A stretch of 64,000 nucleotides of DNA from Alteromonas sp. (lineage in GTDB: Bacteria > Margulisbacteria > Marinamargulisbacteria > UBA6595). Positions 52,604 to 64,000 of the stretch are shown piece by piece. The notes beneath the pieces are model-generated. The model ran no database searches. It had not been told where the DNA came from and was given only the letters and a program-made list of their open reading frames with translations. How positions within the stretch are numbered: position 1 is the first letter of the stretch; every line of letters starts with the position of its first letter. Where the stretch lies: NCBI GenBank assembly GCA_964220215.1, contig CAXPTH010000012.1, positions 1 to 64,000 of the forward strand, in the 5' to 3' direction. Both the position numbers and the translations under genes were made by a program.

Positions 52604-53608
52604 TTATACCGTGTTTAAATGATTCCGCAACTCACTGGGAGATAGTAAAACCAATAAAAATAAAGCCATTCGAACGTATAGCCCATTATCTGTTTGCCGA
52701 AAGTAGGCCGCTTGGTTCAGGTCATCCACATCGGGATGAATTTCATTGGTCCGTGGCAGGGGATGCATAATAACCACATCGGGCTTACACACCGATTCTA
52801 TTAACGTCCGATTTAAAATATACAATTGTTCAAATCGCTCATAATCCGACTCGGATTGAAATCGCTCTCGTTGCAATCGCGTCATATAAATGACGTCCGC
52901 TGTAGCAATACCCACTTTGAAGTCATCGGTTTGAGTGACACGAATACCGCTCCCTTGCAAAGCATGGACGCTGTCCGCTGGCAATTGAAGATCATTGGGC
53001 GCAATCGCAACAATATGAATGTTGGTATATAACCGCATTAAATGAACCAACGAATGAACGGTTCGACCGTGTTGCAAATCACCCACAACGGCTATGGTCA
53101 AATCAGACAGGCGTTTTGTTTCATTGTATATCGTATACAAATCCAGTAAGGCTTGGGTGGGATGTTCACCAATTCCGTCTCCAGCATTGATAATGGGGGT
53201 TGTACTGTTATCCGCCGCAATGCGTGCAGATCCCACCGTAAAATGACGCAAAACAATCACATCAACATACCCCTGGACCACCCGAATTGTATCCGACAAA
53301 CTTTCGCCCTTGGAAATTGAAGAAAACACAACACCCACCGTATTATCCACACTGCCGCCTAAATATTGAAATGCAGAAGCAAAGCTAATGCGGCTACGGG
53401 TACTAGCCTCAAAAAACAAGTTGCTTAGCACATAACCACTGAGTGGATTCCACTGTCGCAATTGGGATCGCCCCATTGCTTTAAGCCGATCGGTTAACTC
53501 AAATAACGCATCAATCGCAGACTCTGTAAACTGCGAAACCGATACAACATTGTTGCCGTTCCAGGTATCTGCTTGTATTGTGGATTCTATTGTCTGTTTT
53601 TTTGTCAT
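52604..53608 (-). CDS. pyrB: Aspartate carbamoyltransferase catalytic subunit
   Basis: FFEASTRSR.SF, KGESL.DT, NAGDG.GEHPTQALLD, HPLPR. Confidence 0.97.
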   Translation of the reverse strand: MTKKQTIESTIQADTWNGNNVVSVSQFTESAIDALFELTDRLKAMGRSQLRQWNPLSGYVLSNLFFEASTRSRISFASAFQYLGGSVDNTVGVVFSSISKGESLSDTIRVVQGYVDVIVLRHFTVGSARIAADNSTTPIINAGDGIGEHPTQALLDLYTIYNETKRLSDLTIAVVGDLQHGRTVHSLVHLMRLYTNIHIVAIAPNDLQLPADSVHALQGSGIRVTQTDDFKVGIATADVIYMTRLQRERFQSESDYERFEQLYILNRTLIESVCKPDVVIMHPLPRTNEIHPDVDDLNQAAYFRQTDNGLYVRMALFLLVLLSPSELRNHLNTV

Positions 53609-53741
53609 ATAAATCAATTAACTAAATTAATCCATATTGTAGGCTTCATTTGAGTTGCACGTCAACGAAATGCGGTGATATTATGATTTGTGTCTTAAAA
53701 AAAAACAAACAAACATTGAATAAAAAAGCGCAAAAACAACC

Positions 53742-54515
53742 ATGATGATACTCACGATAACGACACTCGGAATTCTGCTATCCCTGATTAGTTTTGGAAA
53801 TCTGAGCGATGGCCCAAGTCGTCCGGTTGCTAAAGTTGGCAAAACGATTATTGATACGCACGATGTCCATACTCGATTAAACCGACTTCCCCAAAACCCA
53901 CAAACTACACAAAAAGACCGTTACGAATGGGCATTAAATCAGTTAATTGATGAAGCCATTTTAGTTTATCAAGCAAAAAAAACCGGTTTGCATCGCACAA
54001 AAGAATATGCGGACAATTTAGAAACCGTCAAGAATGCGCTGTTGCTAGAATTGATGATTGCTCGATTACTAGAAAACTACCCCGGTGTGTCCGATGCTGA
54101 AGTCAATCAATTTTATCAAGCCAATGCTGCACTGTTTGATTCCATTCATCAACGTCGGTTTCAATATAGCGTGTCAGACACACAATCCGAAGCCAGTAAG
54201 CGCTATTCCCAACTGACTCAAAACCCCAGCGCCGTTCCATGGACACACGGGGGTTGGATCACCCACAATCACCCAGACTCCGCACTGGCCAAAACTGTGT
54301 TTTCATTAAAGACCATTGGCGATATTGCCCCACCGGTTGAAACACAAACTGGCTACTATGTTATTCAATTAATTGGGATTAACCAAACACCCACACAGCC
54401 CAAAGCAGATAGCCTAAAGCTCATCCGGGCTGAATTGGACTTTGAACAACGAGAGGCCTTCATTGATGCCTATATTAATCAAGCACGGGATACCGTAACC
54501 GTACATCGATACTAA
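53742..54515 (+). CDS. SurA/PrsA-like PpiC-type foldase
   Basis: VAKV....I, L.QLIDE.IL...A, F.L..GDI..PVET..GY.VI. Confidence 0.8.
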   Translation: MMILTITTLGILLSLISFGNLSDGPSRPVAKVGKTIIDTHDVHTRLNRLPQNPQTTQKDRYEWALNQLIDEAILVYQAKKTGLHRTKEYADNLETVKNALLLELMIARLLENYPGVSDAEVNQFYQANAALFDSIHQRRFQYSVSDTQSEASKRYSQLTQNPSAVPWTHGGWITHNHPDSALAKTVFSLKTIGDIAPPVETQTGYYVIQLIGINQTPTQPKADSLKLIRAELDFEQREAFIDAYINQARDTVTVHRY

Positions 54516-54518
54516 ACT

Positions 54519-55412
54519 ATGGACATTCAAATCAAATCGCCCGCCAAATTAAATTTATCCCTCGCTGTGTATGCCCCGCGCCACGACGGGTATCATCCAA
54601 TTGCCTCGTGCTTTCAAAAAATAAACCTATGGGATAGCATCAGCATTCGTCAAACCAAACAGCCCGGTCTGACGTTAACCTGCAATGACCCCTCGATACC
54701 CACCGACCATACCAATACTATAGCGGCCTGTTACGCAAAAATTAAAGATCGGCTCTTGCATGGGCTGTCCGTACATCTCAACAAAAAAATACCGGTGGGC
54801 AGCGGCCTCGGAAGCGCCAGCGGAAATGCCGCTGCATTTTTAAAAACCATCAACCGCGTATGTACTCTCGGCTATACAAACCATGAATTGATACAATTGG
54901 GCCGATCCGTTGGATCAGATGTCCCCGTATTTATACACGAATGCTCAACCGCGTGGGTCACCCAAACCGGCGAATCTGTCACCCCCATTGGCCCCTGTGA
55001 ATTTAACTTTTTTTTACTTGTTTTCCCCAACCAACGAATGTCAACTCAGGATATTTATGCTGCCTATGATGCAATTGGACATTATCCCGACGAACCGTTG
55101 ACACAAGCCATCCCTGATTACGGAACCCTCGGGCATAACGACTTGCAGCCCATTGTTTGGCAATTGCATCCGCTGTACCAAACACTCCAAGACACCTGGA
55201 TACGGAAGCATCCCGAGAGCCGCTTGCATTTAACGGGATCCGGCGGATGCTTATTTGTACCGGCAATTGATGCAGCTACTGTCGATCACTATTATTCAAG
55301 TGCCAAAGCGATTTGGCCATCGTTCTGGATTAAAACCGTGTCAGCCCCTAATCCCAACGCAAAAACGGATTTTTTTGACTCTGATTCAACCGTTTCACAA
55401 TCGTTTTTTTAA
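54519..55412 (+). CDS. ispE: 4-diphosphocytidyl-2C-methyl-D-erythritol kinase
   Basis: SPAKLNL.L, DGYH, K.IP.GSGLGS.S.NAA, GSDVP.F, TGSG. Confidence 0.94.
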   Translation: MDIQIKSPAKLNLSLAVYAPRHDGYHPIASCFQKINLWDSISIRQTKQPGLTLTCNDPSIPTDHTNTIAACYAKIKDRLLHGLSVHLNKKIPVGSGLGSASGNAAAFLKTINRVCTLGYTNHELIQLGRSVGSDVPVFIHECSTAWVTQTGESVTPIGPCEFNFFLLVFPNQRMSTQDIYAAYDAIGHYPDEPLTQAIPDYGTLGHNDLQPIVWQLHPLYQTLQDTWIRKHPESRLHLTGSGGCLFVPAIDAATVDHYYSSAKAIWPSFWIKTVSAPNPNAKTDFFDSDSTVSQSFF

Positions 55413-55533
55413 GATTATCACGGATGGTGTCTTGCCGTTTTGTATTGCGCCAATAGGATCGAAAATTCGCATAGCGACTCATTGTTCGAATGATGTCTTG
55501 AACCAGTTGATCCGCTAATTCATCGTGTGCCAT
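55348..55533 (-). CDS. Small hypothetical protein (61 aa)
   Basis: ATG preceded by TG-g-TACACT extended -10 ending 10 nt upstream; amphipathic helical sequence. Confidence 0.5.
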   Translation of the reverse strand: MAHDELADQLVQDIIRTMSRYANFRSYWRNTKRQDTIRDNLKKTIVKRLNQSQKNPFLRWD

Positions 55534-55607
55534 TGGTGTCTTTAGTGTACCATTTACACACCACAAAATCACTACACACCACCGGATAAATTTCTATGCT
55601 ATGATGA

Positions 55608-57545
55608 ATGACCATGCGATTTGCCCACGTTCTTGTCCTGCGCGATTTGAATCGATATTACACCTATGCCGTTGACAGTGGCATCGAACCCGGGGACCAT
55701 ATTGAAGTTCCGTTTGGTAAAAGTATTGCCCTAGGGTTAGTCATGCGCATTATTCCCAAACCATCCACACGTTATGCGATAAAACCAATGATTCGCCATA
55801 GTCCGCATCTACCCCGCCTATATCCCGATTTGATCGAACTCATTGACTGGTTTTCCGACTACTACTATGTGACCCCTTACGTCAGCTACACGACCATTGT
55901 TGGCACCAACCGCACATGGATCACCCCGCCAGCCATGTCGGACCCCCCCCAAACAGCCCCCGACCTTCCACTAACCCCCCATCAACAGGATGCCCTAAAC
56001 GCCTTGCATGCAACCACCAATGAACATCTATTATTTGGGGTAACTGGCAGTGGGAAAACCGAGCTATACGTTCACCTAGCTCGCGCATTATTAAACCAAA
56101 ACAAGTCCGTCTTGGTATTGCTTCCTGAAATTAACTTAACCCCTCAAATTCAACGGTATTTTGAATCGCGATTCGGCACCGGAGTCACAACCCTGCACTC
56201 TGGTATGACCCCGCGTCAACGCAACATTGCCTGGAGTCAAATTTACAGCAACCAAGTCCGCATTATTATTGGCCCTCGATCCGCTGTATTTTCACCCATT
56301 CAAAACCTAGGGTTAATTTTAATGGATGAAGCCCATGATCAAAGCTACAAGCAAGACAACACCCCGCTGTACCATGCCATTACCATTGCTCGAAAGCGCA
56401 CTCAGTACCATAACGCGAAGCTCGTTTACGGAACAGCCACCCCAGATATTGGGTTGTACCATACGTTATCGAAACGCAATCAAGTGGTTCAATTAACCCA
56501 TCGAATTGCAAATCCCACCATTCCCCTACCCACCATTGACTGCGTTGATACCACCCTGCAGCCCACAACCGATGGAATCAGCGATGTCTTGCATCAGGCT
56601 TTAGTCAAAAACTTAGACTTAAAGCAGAAAAGCATTATCTTGCTGAATCGTCGGGGGTATGCCCCATTTGTCACCTGTAGTCACTGCAACACGCCCCATA
56701 TATGTACCCAATGCCAACTCAGCTACACCTATCATGCTGATCAAACATTTCGGTGCCATCGATGCGGAATTCGTGCCACTATGACCCATACGTGTCTCAA
56801 CTGTAAAAAACCAAGTTTGCATGCCAGTGGACTGGGCATTCAAAAACTGGAGCTGGCCCTGCGCCAACAACTGCCCAATGCAACAATTATTCGCATGGAT
56901 CGCGATACCGCCAATACATTAAAGAAACAAACGGAACAGCTGGATGCTTTTCGAGCCCATGGAGATATTCTGATTGGCACCCAAATGATTGCCAAAGGCC
57001 ATCATATTGATGCCGTTACCTTAGTCGGCATTTTGGGCATCGAGACTGTCTTAAATAGCCCCCATTTTCGATCCTCAGAACATGCCTTTCAGCTGATTAC
57101 GCAAGTGGCTGGACGGGCTGGACGCGGGACACAACCCGGGCGGGTTATTTTGCAAACGACACAACCGGATCACTACGCGATTGAAGCGGCTCAACAGTAT
57201 GACTTTCTTGGGCTATACGAAACTGAAATTGATACGCGGCACTTACTCAACTACCCACCGTTCTCGCATTTATTCCGAATTTTAACCTATGCCACTGTCG
57301 CCAAACAGGCTTTGGCCCATTTAACCCAATGCTACCAAGTTATTCGCCAAGCCTTACCAACAGCCACGCTATCAGAACCCTGCCCAGCACCGCTTGAAAA
57401 ACAAAACAACTATTATCGATTTCACAGCCTCATTCGCATCTCAGACGCACTGCTTCCCGATTGTCATGCCGTTTTAAAGGAATTGCCCGCCCCACCCAAA
57501 TCTGTTCGACGTCATATTGACCGAGAACCTGTAACTCTGGTTTAG
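55608..57545 (+). CDS. priA: Primosomal protein N' (start 55608 or 55614)
   Basis: GVTGSGKTE, LPEI.LTPQ, DEAHD.SYKQ, LNRRGY, CxxC clusters, QVAGRAGR. Confidence 0.96.
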   Translation: MTMRFAHVLVLRDLNRYYTYAVDSGIEPGDHIEVPFGKSIALGLVMRIIPKPSTRYAIKPMIRHSPHLPRLYPDLIELIDWFSDYYYVTPYVSYTTIVGTNRTWITPPAMSDPPQTAPDLPLTPHQQDALNALHATTNEHLLFGVTGSGKTELYVHLARALLNQNKSVLVLLPEINLTPQIQRYFESRFGTGVTTLHSGMTPRQRNIAWSQIYSNQVRIIIGPRSAVFSPIQNLGLILMDEAHDQSYKQDNTPLYHAITIARKRTQYHNAKLVYGTATPDIGLYHTLSKRNQVVQLTHRIANPTIPLPTIDCVDTTLQPTTDGISDVLHQALVKNLDLKQKSIILLNRRGYAPFVTCSHCNTPHICTQCQLSYTYHADQTFRCHRCGIRATMTHTCLNCKKPSLHASGLGIQKLELALRQQLPNATIIRMDRDTANTLKKQTEQLDAFRAHGDILIGTQMIAKGHHIDAVTLVGILGIETVLNSPHFRSSEHAFQLITQVAGRAGRGTQPGRVILQTTQPDHYAIEAAQQYDFLGLYETEIDTRHLLNYPPFSHLFRILTYATVAKQALAHLTQCYQVIRQALPTATLSEPCPAPLEKQNNYYRFHSLIRISDALLPDCHAVLKELPAPPKSVRRHIDREPVTLV

Positions 57546-57576
57546 ACTCCCAATTTAGATTACACTTAATTCTACA

Positions 57577-58494
57577 ATGGTGATGACAAGTGTTTTATTT
57601 ATTATCGGACTCATTGGTCTATGGAAAAGCAGCGACTGGCTCGTTGACAGCGGCACCGCCATCGCAAAATACTACCAAGTATCCCCATTAATGATTGGAT
57701 TATCCCTCGTGGCATTTGGGACATCGGCACCTGAACTTATGATTAATATTATGGCAAGCATAAACCAACAGCCGGAGATTGTCTGGGGGAATGTATTGGG
57801 CAGCAACATTGCCAATACAACACTCATTTTAGGTTTAACCGCCATTATTACTCCGTTATGCTTTAAGCCGTTACGACAAACCGCTATTTTAGTTGCCCAC
57901 ACACTACCGCCACTCGGCCTCGCTGTATGCATAATGATCAACCCCACCCTAGGCCCTAGCGCAGGGTGCGCGCTGTTGTTACTACTAACCGGCTACCTAG
58001 TATTGTTATACCGAAACAACCAATTACCCACCGATTCTGAGCCAGGCCCTCCCCAATTGGGGCCATCCTTGGGATTGTTTGCATTCGCCTGTATTGCATT
58101 GCCAAGCTTTTCATACCTCGTTCTCACACAAGCCACTGCACTTGCTTTATTTATGGGAATACCTGAACTAATTATTTCCTTGTTTTTTGTGTCTTTAGGC
58201 AGCTCGCTGCCTGAGCTTGTTACCTGCATTAATGCGGCCGTAAAACGCAACGCCGATATGGTATTGGGCAATATTATTGGATCCAATGTATTTAATATCG
58301 CCTGTGTCTTAGGCATTAGCTGCAGCATCCAGCCCATTGCCTGGCAATCCAAACTAAGCCTTGAAGGTGCGCTTGTATTGGGCTTGCCCATTGCGCTATG
58401 GCTATTGAGTCATTATGCGACCCAAATGAATCGTTGGGCTGGTAGCGGATTAGCGTTTCTATATATTGCTTATATCGCCTATTACCTAGCATGA
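57577..58494 (+). CDS. Calcium/sodium antiporter (YrbG/CaCA family)
   Basis: GTSAPE, GNVLGSNIAN, GSSLPE, GNIIGSN.FN. Confidence 0.94.
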   Translation: MVMTSVLFIIGLIGLWKSSDWLVDSGTAIAKYYQVSPLMIGLSLVAFGTSAPELMINIMASINQQPEIVWGNVLGSNIANTTLILGLTAIITPLCFKPLRQTAILVAHTLPPLGLAVCIMINPTLGPSAGCALLLLLTGYLVLLYRNNQLPTDSEPGPPQLGPSLGLFAFACIALPSFSYLVLTQATALALFMGIPELIISLFFVSLGSSLPELVTCINAAVKRNADMVLGNIIGSNVFNIACVLGISCSIQPIAWQSKLSLEGALVLGLPIALWLLSHYATQMNRWAGSGLAFLYIAYIAYYLA

Positions 58495-59756
58495 CGGAAC
58501 AATTGGATTTAGTTCAGATTGTCAAACGAAAGGGAACGGGTAAAACCATGAGTAAAGCGCTATCGGACGACGACTTGCACGCACTGGCTCCTTTGCTACA
58601 ATCCCCCAACACCCATGCCGCTACCAAAGCGACCCTAATAACGGCATTGATCATGCTGGAAAAAACGGATGCCGAAAGCCGTTGGTTTGAACATACACTC
58701 CAAGACCCAGCCAGCCAAATACTACCCCCGGATTTATATGCCCTATTTTTTACATCACCGAAAAGTTCAATGGATCAAATTATTCACAACCTACTCAATC
58801 ACACGAATTTGTCTGAATCTGATATGAACACGGGTTTGGACTATGTCTTTAATTCACGAAACAACACAACTAAAAAAGCGGTTTTTTTAGAAGCATTGCG
58901 GCTAAAAGAAGAAACCAAGCTTGAAAATCATACGGCCTATACTTATTTGCTCAACCAGAGTCATCATATACAAACAAGACTGCCCCATGTGATTGATTTG
59001 GCAAACCCATATGATGGATTTAATCGCAATCTATACTGCGGCGTGTTTTTAGCGCCATTATTGGGCAGCATTGGCTTCCCCTGTGTGTTGCATGGCATCG
59101 ATGCCATTGGCCCTAAAAATGGTGTCAATCCAAGCAAACTATTGCAGGCCATGAATAAAAAAACAACCCATACATTATCCGAAGCGGCTGAGCAATTAAT
59201 GGGTAACGGATGGTGTTATGTGGACCAGTCTGTTTTTTCGCCCCTGTTATACGCACAAAAACAATTGCGTTTGGATATGGTCAAACGGCCATTGCTCGCA
59301 ACCTTAGAAAAAATATTGCTGCCGATTCGCGGCCAATCCACCCACTTGATTACCGGATACACGCACCCGCCCTACAAACAAAAAATGACCGATTTAATGG
59401 CCCACAGCCCCATGACACAAGGCACCTTGTTTCGTGGAGTTGAAGGCTCCACGCAACTATCCCTGACCAAGCGGATACGATACAGAACTGTTCAGCTCAA
59501 CACCCATACCGAACACTTTCTTGACCCTCCAAACATGCCACACAATGACGCCCCTCCCCACGACTGCTTAACCGATTCCATAGACACCGGCATAGCCGCT
59601 TTAAATGGTCGGCCCTCCCCCATGCGGTTAATCCTATTACATACCGGATCAGCCATGCTCGACACTCTATCCCTGATGCCGTATGCGACGGCATGGAATG
59701 CCCTAGACAACGCATTACAATCTGGAAAAGCGCTGTCCCATTGGACCAACAGCTAG
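58491..59756 (+). CDS. Anthranilate phosphoribosyltransferase-like protein (glycosyltransferase family 3, YbiB-like)
   Basis: PYDGFNR, LHG....GPK.GV, KRP.LAT.EK, GY.HPPY, GVEGS. Confidence 0.75.
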   Translation: MTEQLDLVQIVKRKGTGKTMSKALSDDDLHALAPLLQSPNTHAATKATLITALIMLEKTDAESRWFEHTLQDPASQILPPDLYALFFTSPKSSMDQIIHNLLNHTNLSESDMNTGLDYVFNSRNNTTKKAVFLEALRLKEETKLENHTAYTYLLNQSHHIQTRLPHVIDLANPYDGFNRNLYCGVFLAPLLGSIGFPCVLHGIDAIGPKNGVNPSKLLQAMNKKTTHTLSEAAEQLMGNGWCYVDQSVFSPLLYAQKQLRLDMVKRPLLATLEKILLPIRGQSTHLITGYTHPPYKQKMTDLMAHSPMTQGTLFRGVEGSTQLSLTKRIRYRTVQLNTHTEHFLDPPNMPHNDAPPHDCLTDSIDTGIAALNGRPSPMRLILLHTGSAMLDTLSLMPYATAWNALDNALQSGKALSHWTNS

Positions 59757-60763
59757 CCCAATGCGCGTTGTATAATGCCCGATAATGCAGACACCCACTC
59801 GGGCTCTGTATTCAGGCATGGAATCATGGTGAATGTTTCACCCCCGTTCTCTAAAAAGATTTCTTTCCCCTCTTCACCAATTTCTTCAAGCGTTTCCAAG
59901 CAATCCGCAACAAATGCCGGACAACATACAGCCAGATGCCGCACACCGGATTGGGCCAACCGCTTAATTTCTGCATCCGTAAATGGGGTCAGCCATTGAT
60001 CCAATCCGAACCGAGACTGAAACGACCAACTCCATTGTGGAGGGGGTGTTTTCATCGCCTGAATAACAGACAGCGACGTTTGTTTGACTTGGTGCGGATA
60101 GCACACCGCATGCGCATCTTTATTGGGTATGAAACAACAGTCTTTGGATTGAAAACAATGCTTCCCGGGATCTGTTTTTTTAACATGCCGAACCGGTATG
60201 CCATGATAACTCATTAACAAGTAATCAACCGTATGATCAACATGCGCTTGAATTGTATTCGCTAAAGCATGAATATAACCAGAATCGCCATAAAATGGCG
60301 AAACATGATTAACAACCATGCCCAATTCCTGTGCAGCTGTGTCGACCGCCACCGTCACCGTTTTTGTGGTAGCCATTGCGTATTGTGGATACAATGGAAC
60401 GGATATAACATGATCAACACCCCGGTCTTTCAATTGCTCAAGCCCATGACGAATGCTGGGGTTTCCATAGCGCATGGCCAACGCAACTGGAATTTGACTC
60501 TGCGACTGAATGTCCTGCGTCAATGCGTCACTAATGGCGTATAGCGGAGACCCAGCATCTGTCCAAATTGACTGATAGGCTGCAGCTGTTTTTTTAGGAC
60601 GAACCCTCAGAATGATCCCATGAATCAGCAGCCATCGTAGCCAATGGGGCAAATCAATGACGTATTCATCCATTAGAAACTCCCCCAAGTATCGTCGGAC
60701 ATCCGGAACAGACGTTGAGTCTGGTGTTCCTAAATTGACCAATAAAATACCCGATTGCGTCAT
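59753..60763 (-). CDS. hemH: Ferrochelatase
   Basis: LLVNLGTP, GSPL, AMRYGNP, PLYPQYA, SYHGIP, FQSRFG..WL.P, DCLETLEE. Confidence 0.97.
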   Translation of the reverse strand: MTQSGILLVNLGTPDSTSVPDVRRYLGEFLMDEYVIDLPHWLRWLLIHGIILRVRPKKTAAAYQSIWTDAGSPLYAISDALTQDIQSQSQIPVALAMRYGNPSIRHGLEQLKDRGVDHVISVPLYPQYAMATTKTVTVAVDTAAQELGMVVNHVSPFYGDSGYIHALANTIQAHVDHTVDYLLMSYHGIPVRHVKKTDPGKHCFQSKDCCFIPNKDAHAVCYPHQVKQTSLSVIQAMKTPPPQWSWSFQSRFGLDQWLTPFTDAEIKRLAQSGVRHLAVCCPAFVADCLETLEEIGEEGKEIFLENGGETFTMIPCLNTEPEWVSALSGIIQRALG

Positions 60764-60790
60764 CTTATAGCGCTCTATAGCTCTATTAAA

Positions 60791-61297
60791 CTACAGGGAA
60801 GGTTTTTTGGATTTATCATGAAGCAATCGCTTGTCATATGATCGAACACGCGTTTGAGCCGCAATGATTTCACCCTGTTTCAACACAACAATACGCTTCA
60901 GCAAATCAATCAATTTATCAATATCAAATGGCTTGATTAAATATTCAATAATGCGTCCATACACTGGATCACAAACCGCTTGCCAAATGTACGGCTCGTC
61001 ATACGCTGTTAACAACACAACGTTCAAACACTCGTAAAACGATTCCTTTTCTCGCCACTCTTTTAAAAAATCCAAGCCGCCTTGTTTAGGCATATTAACA
61101 TCCAAAATTACACAGTCTATTTTTGGGGTTCCCAAACTCATGAACGATCGGGTTGCTTCTATTTTTTCACTGGCTTCATAGCCATTTCTGGCATCCAAAA
61201 CAGTCCACCCCAACCGAGACTCAATTAGCTCTTTAATTCCTTTTCGCAAATCATCTTCATCATCAACAACCAAAATTGTTGGGGTATATTTCATCAT
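60791..61297 (-). CDS. Response regulator receiver protein
   Basis: ILVVDDE, ILDVNMP..GG, LLTAY, YLIKPF. Confidence 0.9.
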   Translation of the reverse strand: MMKYTPTILVVDDEDDLRKGIKELIESRLGWTVLDARNGYEASEKIEATRSFMSLGTPKIDCVILDVNMPKQGGLDFLKEWREKESFYECLNVVLLTAYDEPYIWQAVCDPVYGRIIEYLIKPFDIDKLIDLLKRIVVLKQGEIIAAQTRVRSYDKRLLHDKSKKPSL

Positions 61298-61650
61298 TAT
61301 TTAGCATTCGCCTTTATAATTTGTTTTATGTGTGCTCGACTCAAATAAATTGGACCCAACACGGTTCCTCGAAGGGTTAGAAATAGTATTAGTGGAATAC
61401 ATAGTAGAATTATAGCTATAAAATCAATGAAAAACAAGGGTTTTCGTTTCCTAGCAATCGATTCATTATCGGTTACGAATTCAAACGATTGATCGTAAAA
61501 ATTAGGGAAGTTTCTCTGCGCTGCAACAACAACGGCCACCCGATCCGATGCAATACGAAACCCAGTCAAGATGCCGGCAAAAAAACCATAAAAAAACCCC
61601 AATAAAAAAACAACAGGTGTCCCCAAGTAGCATAATTTTTTCATATACAA
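61297..61650 (-). CDS. Small hypothetical membrane protein
   Basis: Two hydrophobic segments; TAATG coupling to the response regulator. Confidence 0.65.
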   Translation of the reverse strand: MYMKKLCYLGTPVVFLLGFFYGFFAGILTGFRIASDRVAVVVAAQRNFPNFYDQSFEFVTDNESIARKRKPLFFIDFIAIILLCIPLILFLTLRGTVLGPIYLSRAHIKQIIKANAK

Positions 61651-61917
61651 TTGAAAATAATATCACAAGGAACCATAGCATGTGAACAGATGATCCACAT
61701 GCCCCACGATACATCTAGCTTACTATCGGATAAAATAAAGAACGCTCCGCCCTGGGCCACTTCATAATTTTTAGAATGGATTACTGTAATTATCGATATT
61801 AATGTGGTACTATGATTGGCTGTTGCCAAGTTAACAACAAGTCGTTGTGTAGCAACGCCAATTAAGTAAGTAATTTAGCAAAAATTTAGTATAGAAAGAG
61901 TAAATAGATAGGATTGA

Positions 61918-64000
<2,083 letters not shown>

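Noticed and set aside
53343..53351. DnaA box TTATCCACA as an oriC marker
   Set aside because: Single copy inside pyrB (another lies inside the 23S); not clustered or intergenic

Overview
Gene-dense chromosomal window from a diderm bacterium. It carries lpxD, skp, MlaA/MlaC and beta-barrel OMPs together with Terrabacteria-type genes (PgpH-like HD protein next to ybeY, CofG). That mix would fit Margulisbacteria or a related sister lineage of Cyanobacteria, but this is inference and was not tested. Most genes are housekeeping: gdhA, pth, nadE, hemA/cobA-hemD/hemB, hemH, accDA, rpsT, mreB, tRNA-modification genes, pgi, thyA-folA, dnaA, pyrB, ispE, priA, purA, tRNA-Pro(TGG), and a 23S-5S rRNA unit with no linked 16S. 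Less ordinary parts: (1) a nested REP/MITE-like repeat array at 1-816 with an outlying copy at 1597-1696, together bracketing a strongly expressed OMP gene; (2) an AT-rich two-gene insert inside the heme cluster, one gene encoding an orphan membrane-anchored protein with degenerate PI4K/HipA-like kinase motifs and a C-terminal KLEL; (3) a remodelled flagellar-type export and C-ring cluster (fliM-parA-fliN-fliOPQR-flhBA). Its FliM lacks the CheY-binding motif, FliM and FliN carry long acidic extensions, flhF/flhG are missing, there is a mini FliK-like gene, and a short FliA-like sigma factor shares an N-terminal DEYW motif with the orphan just upstream. This cluster is the best candidate for a repurposed protein-secretion system. 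All family assignments come from motif recognition by eye; no database searches were run.
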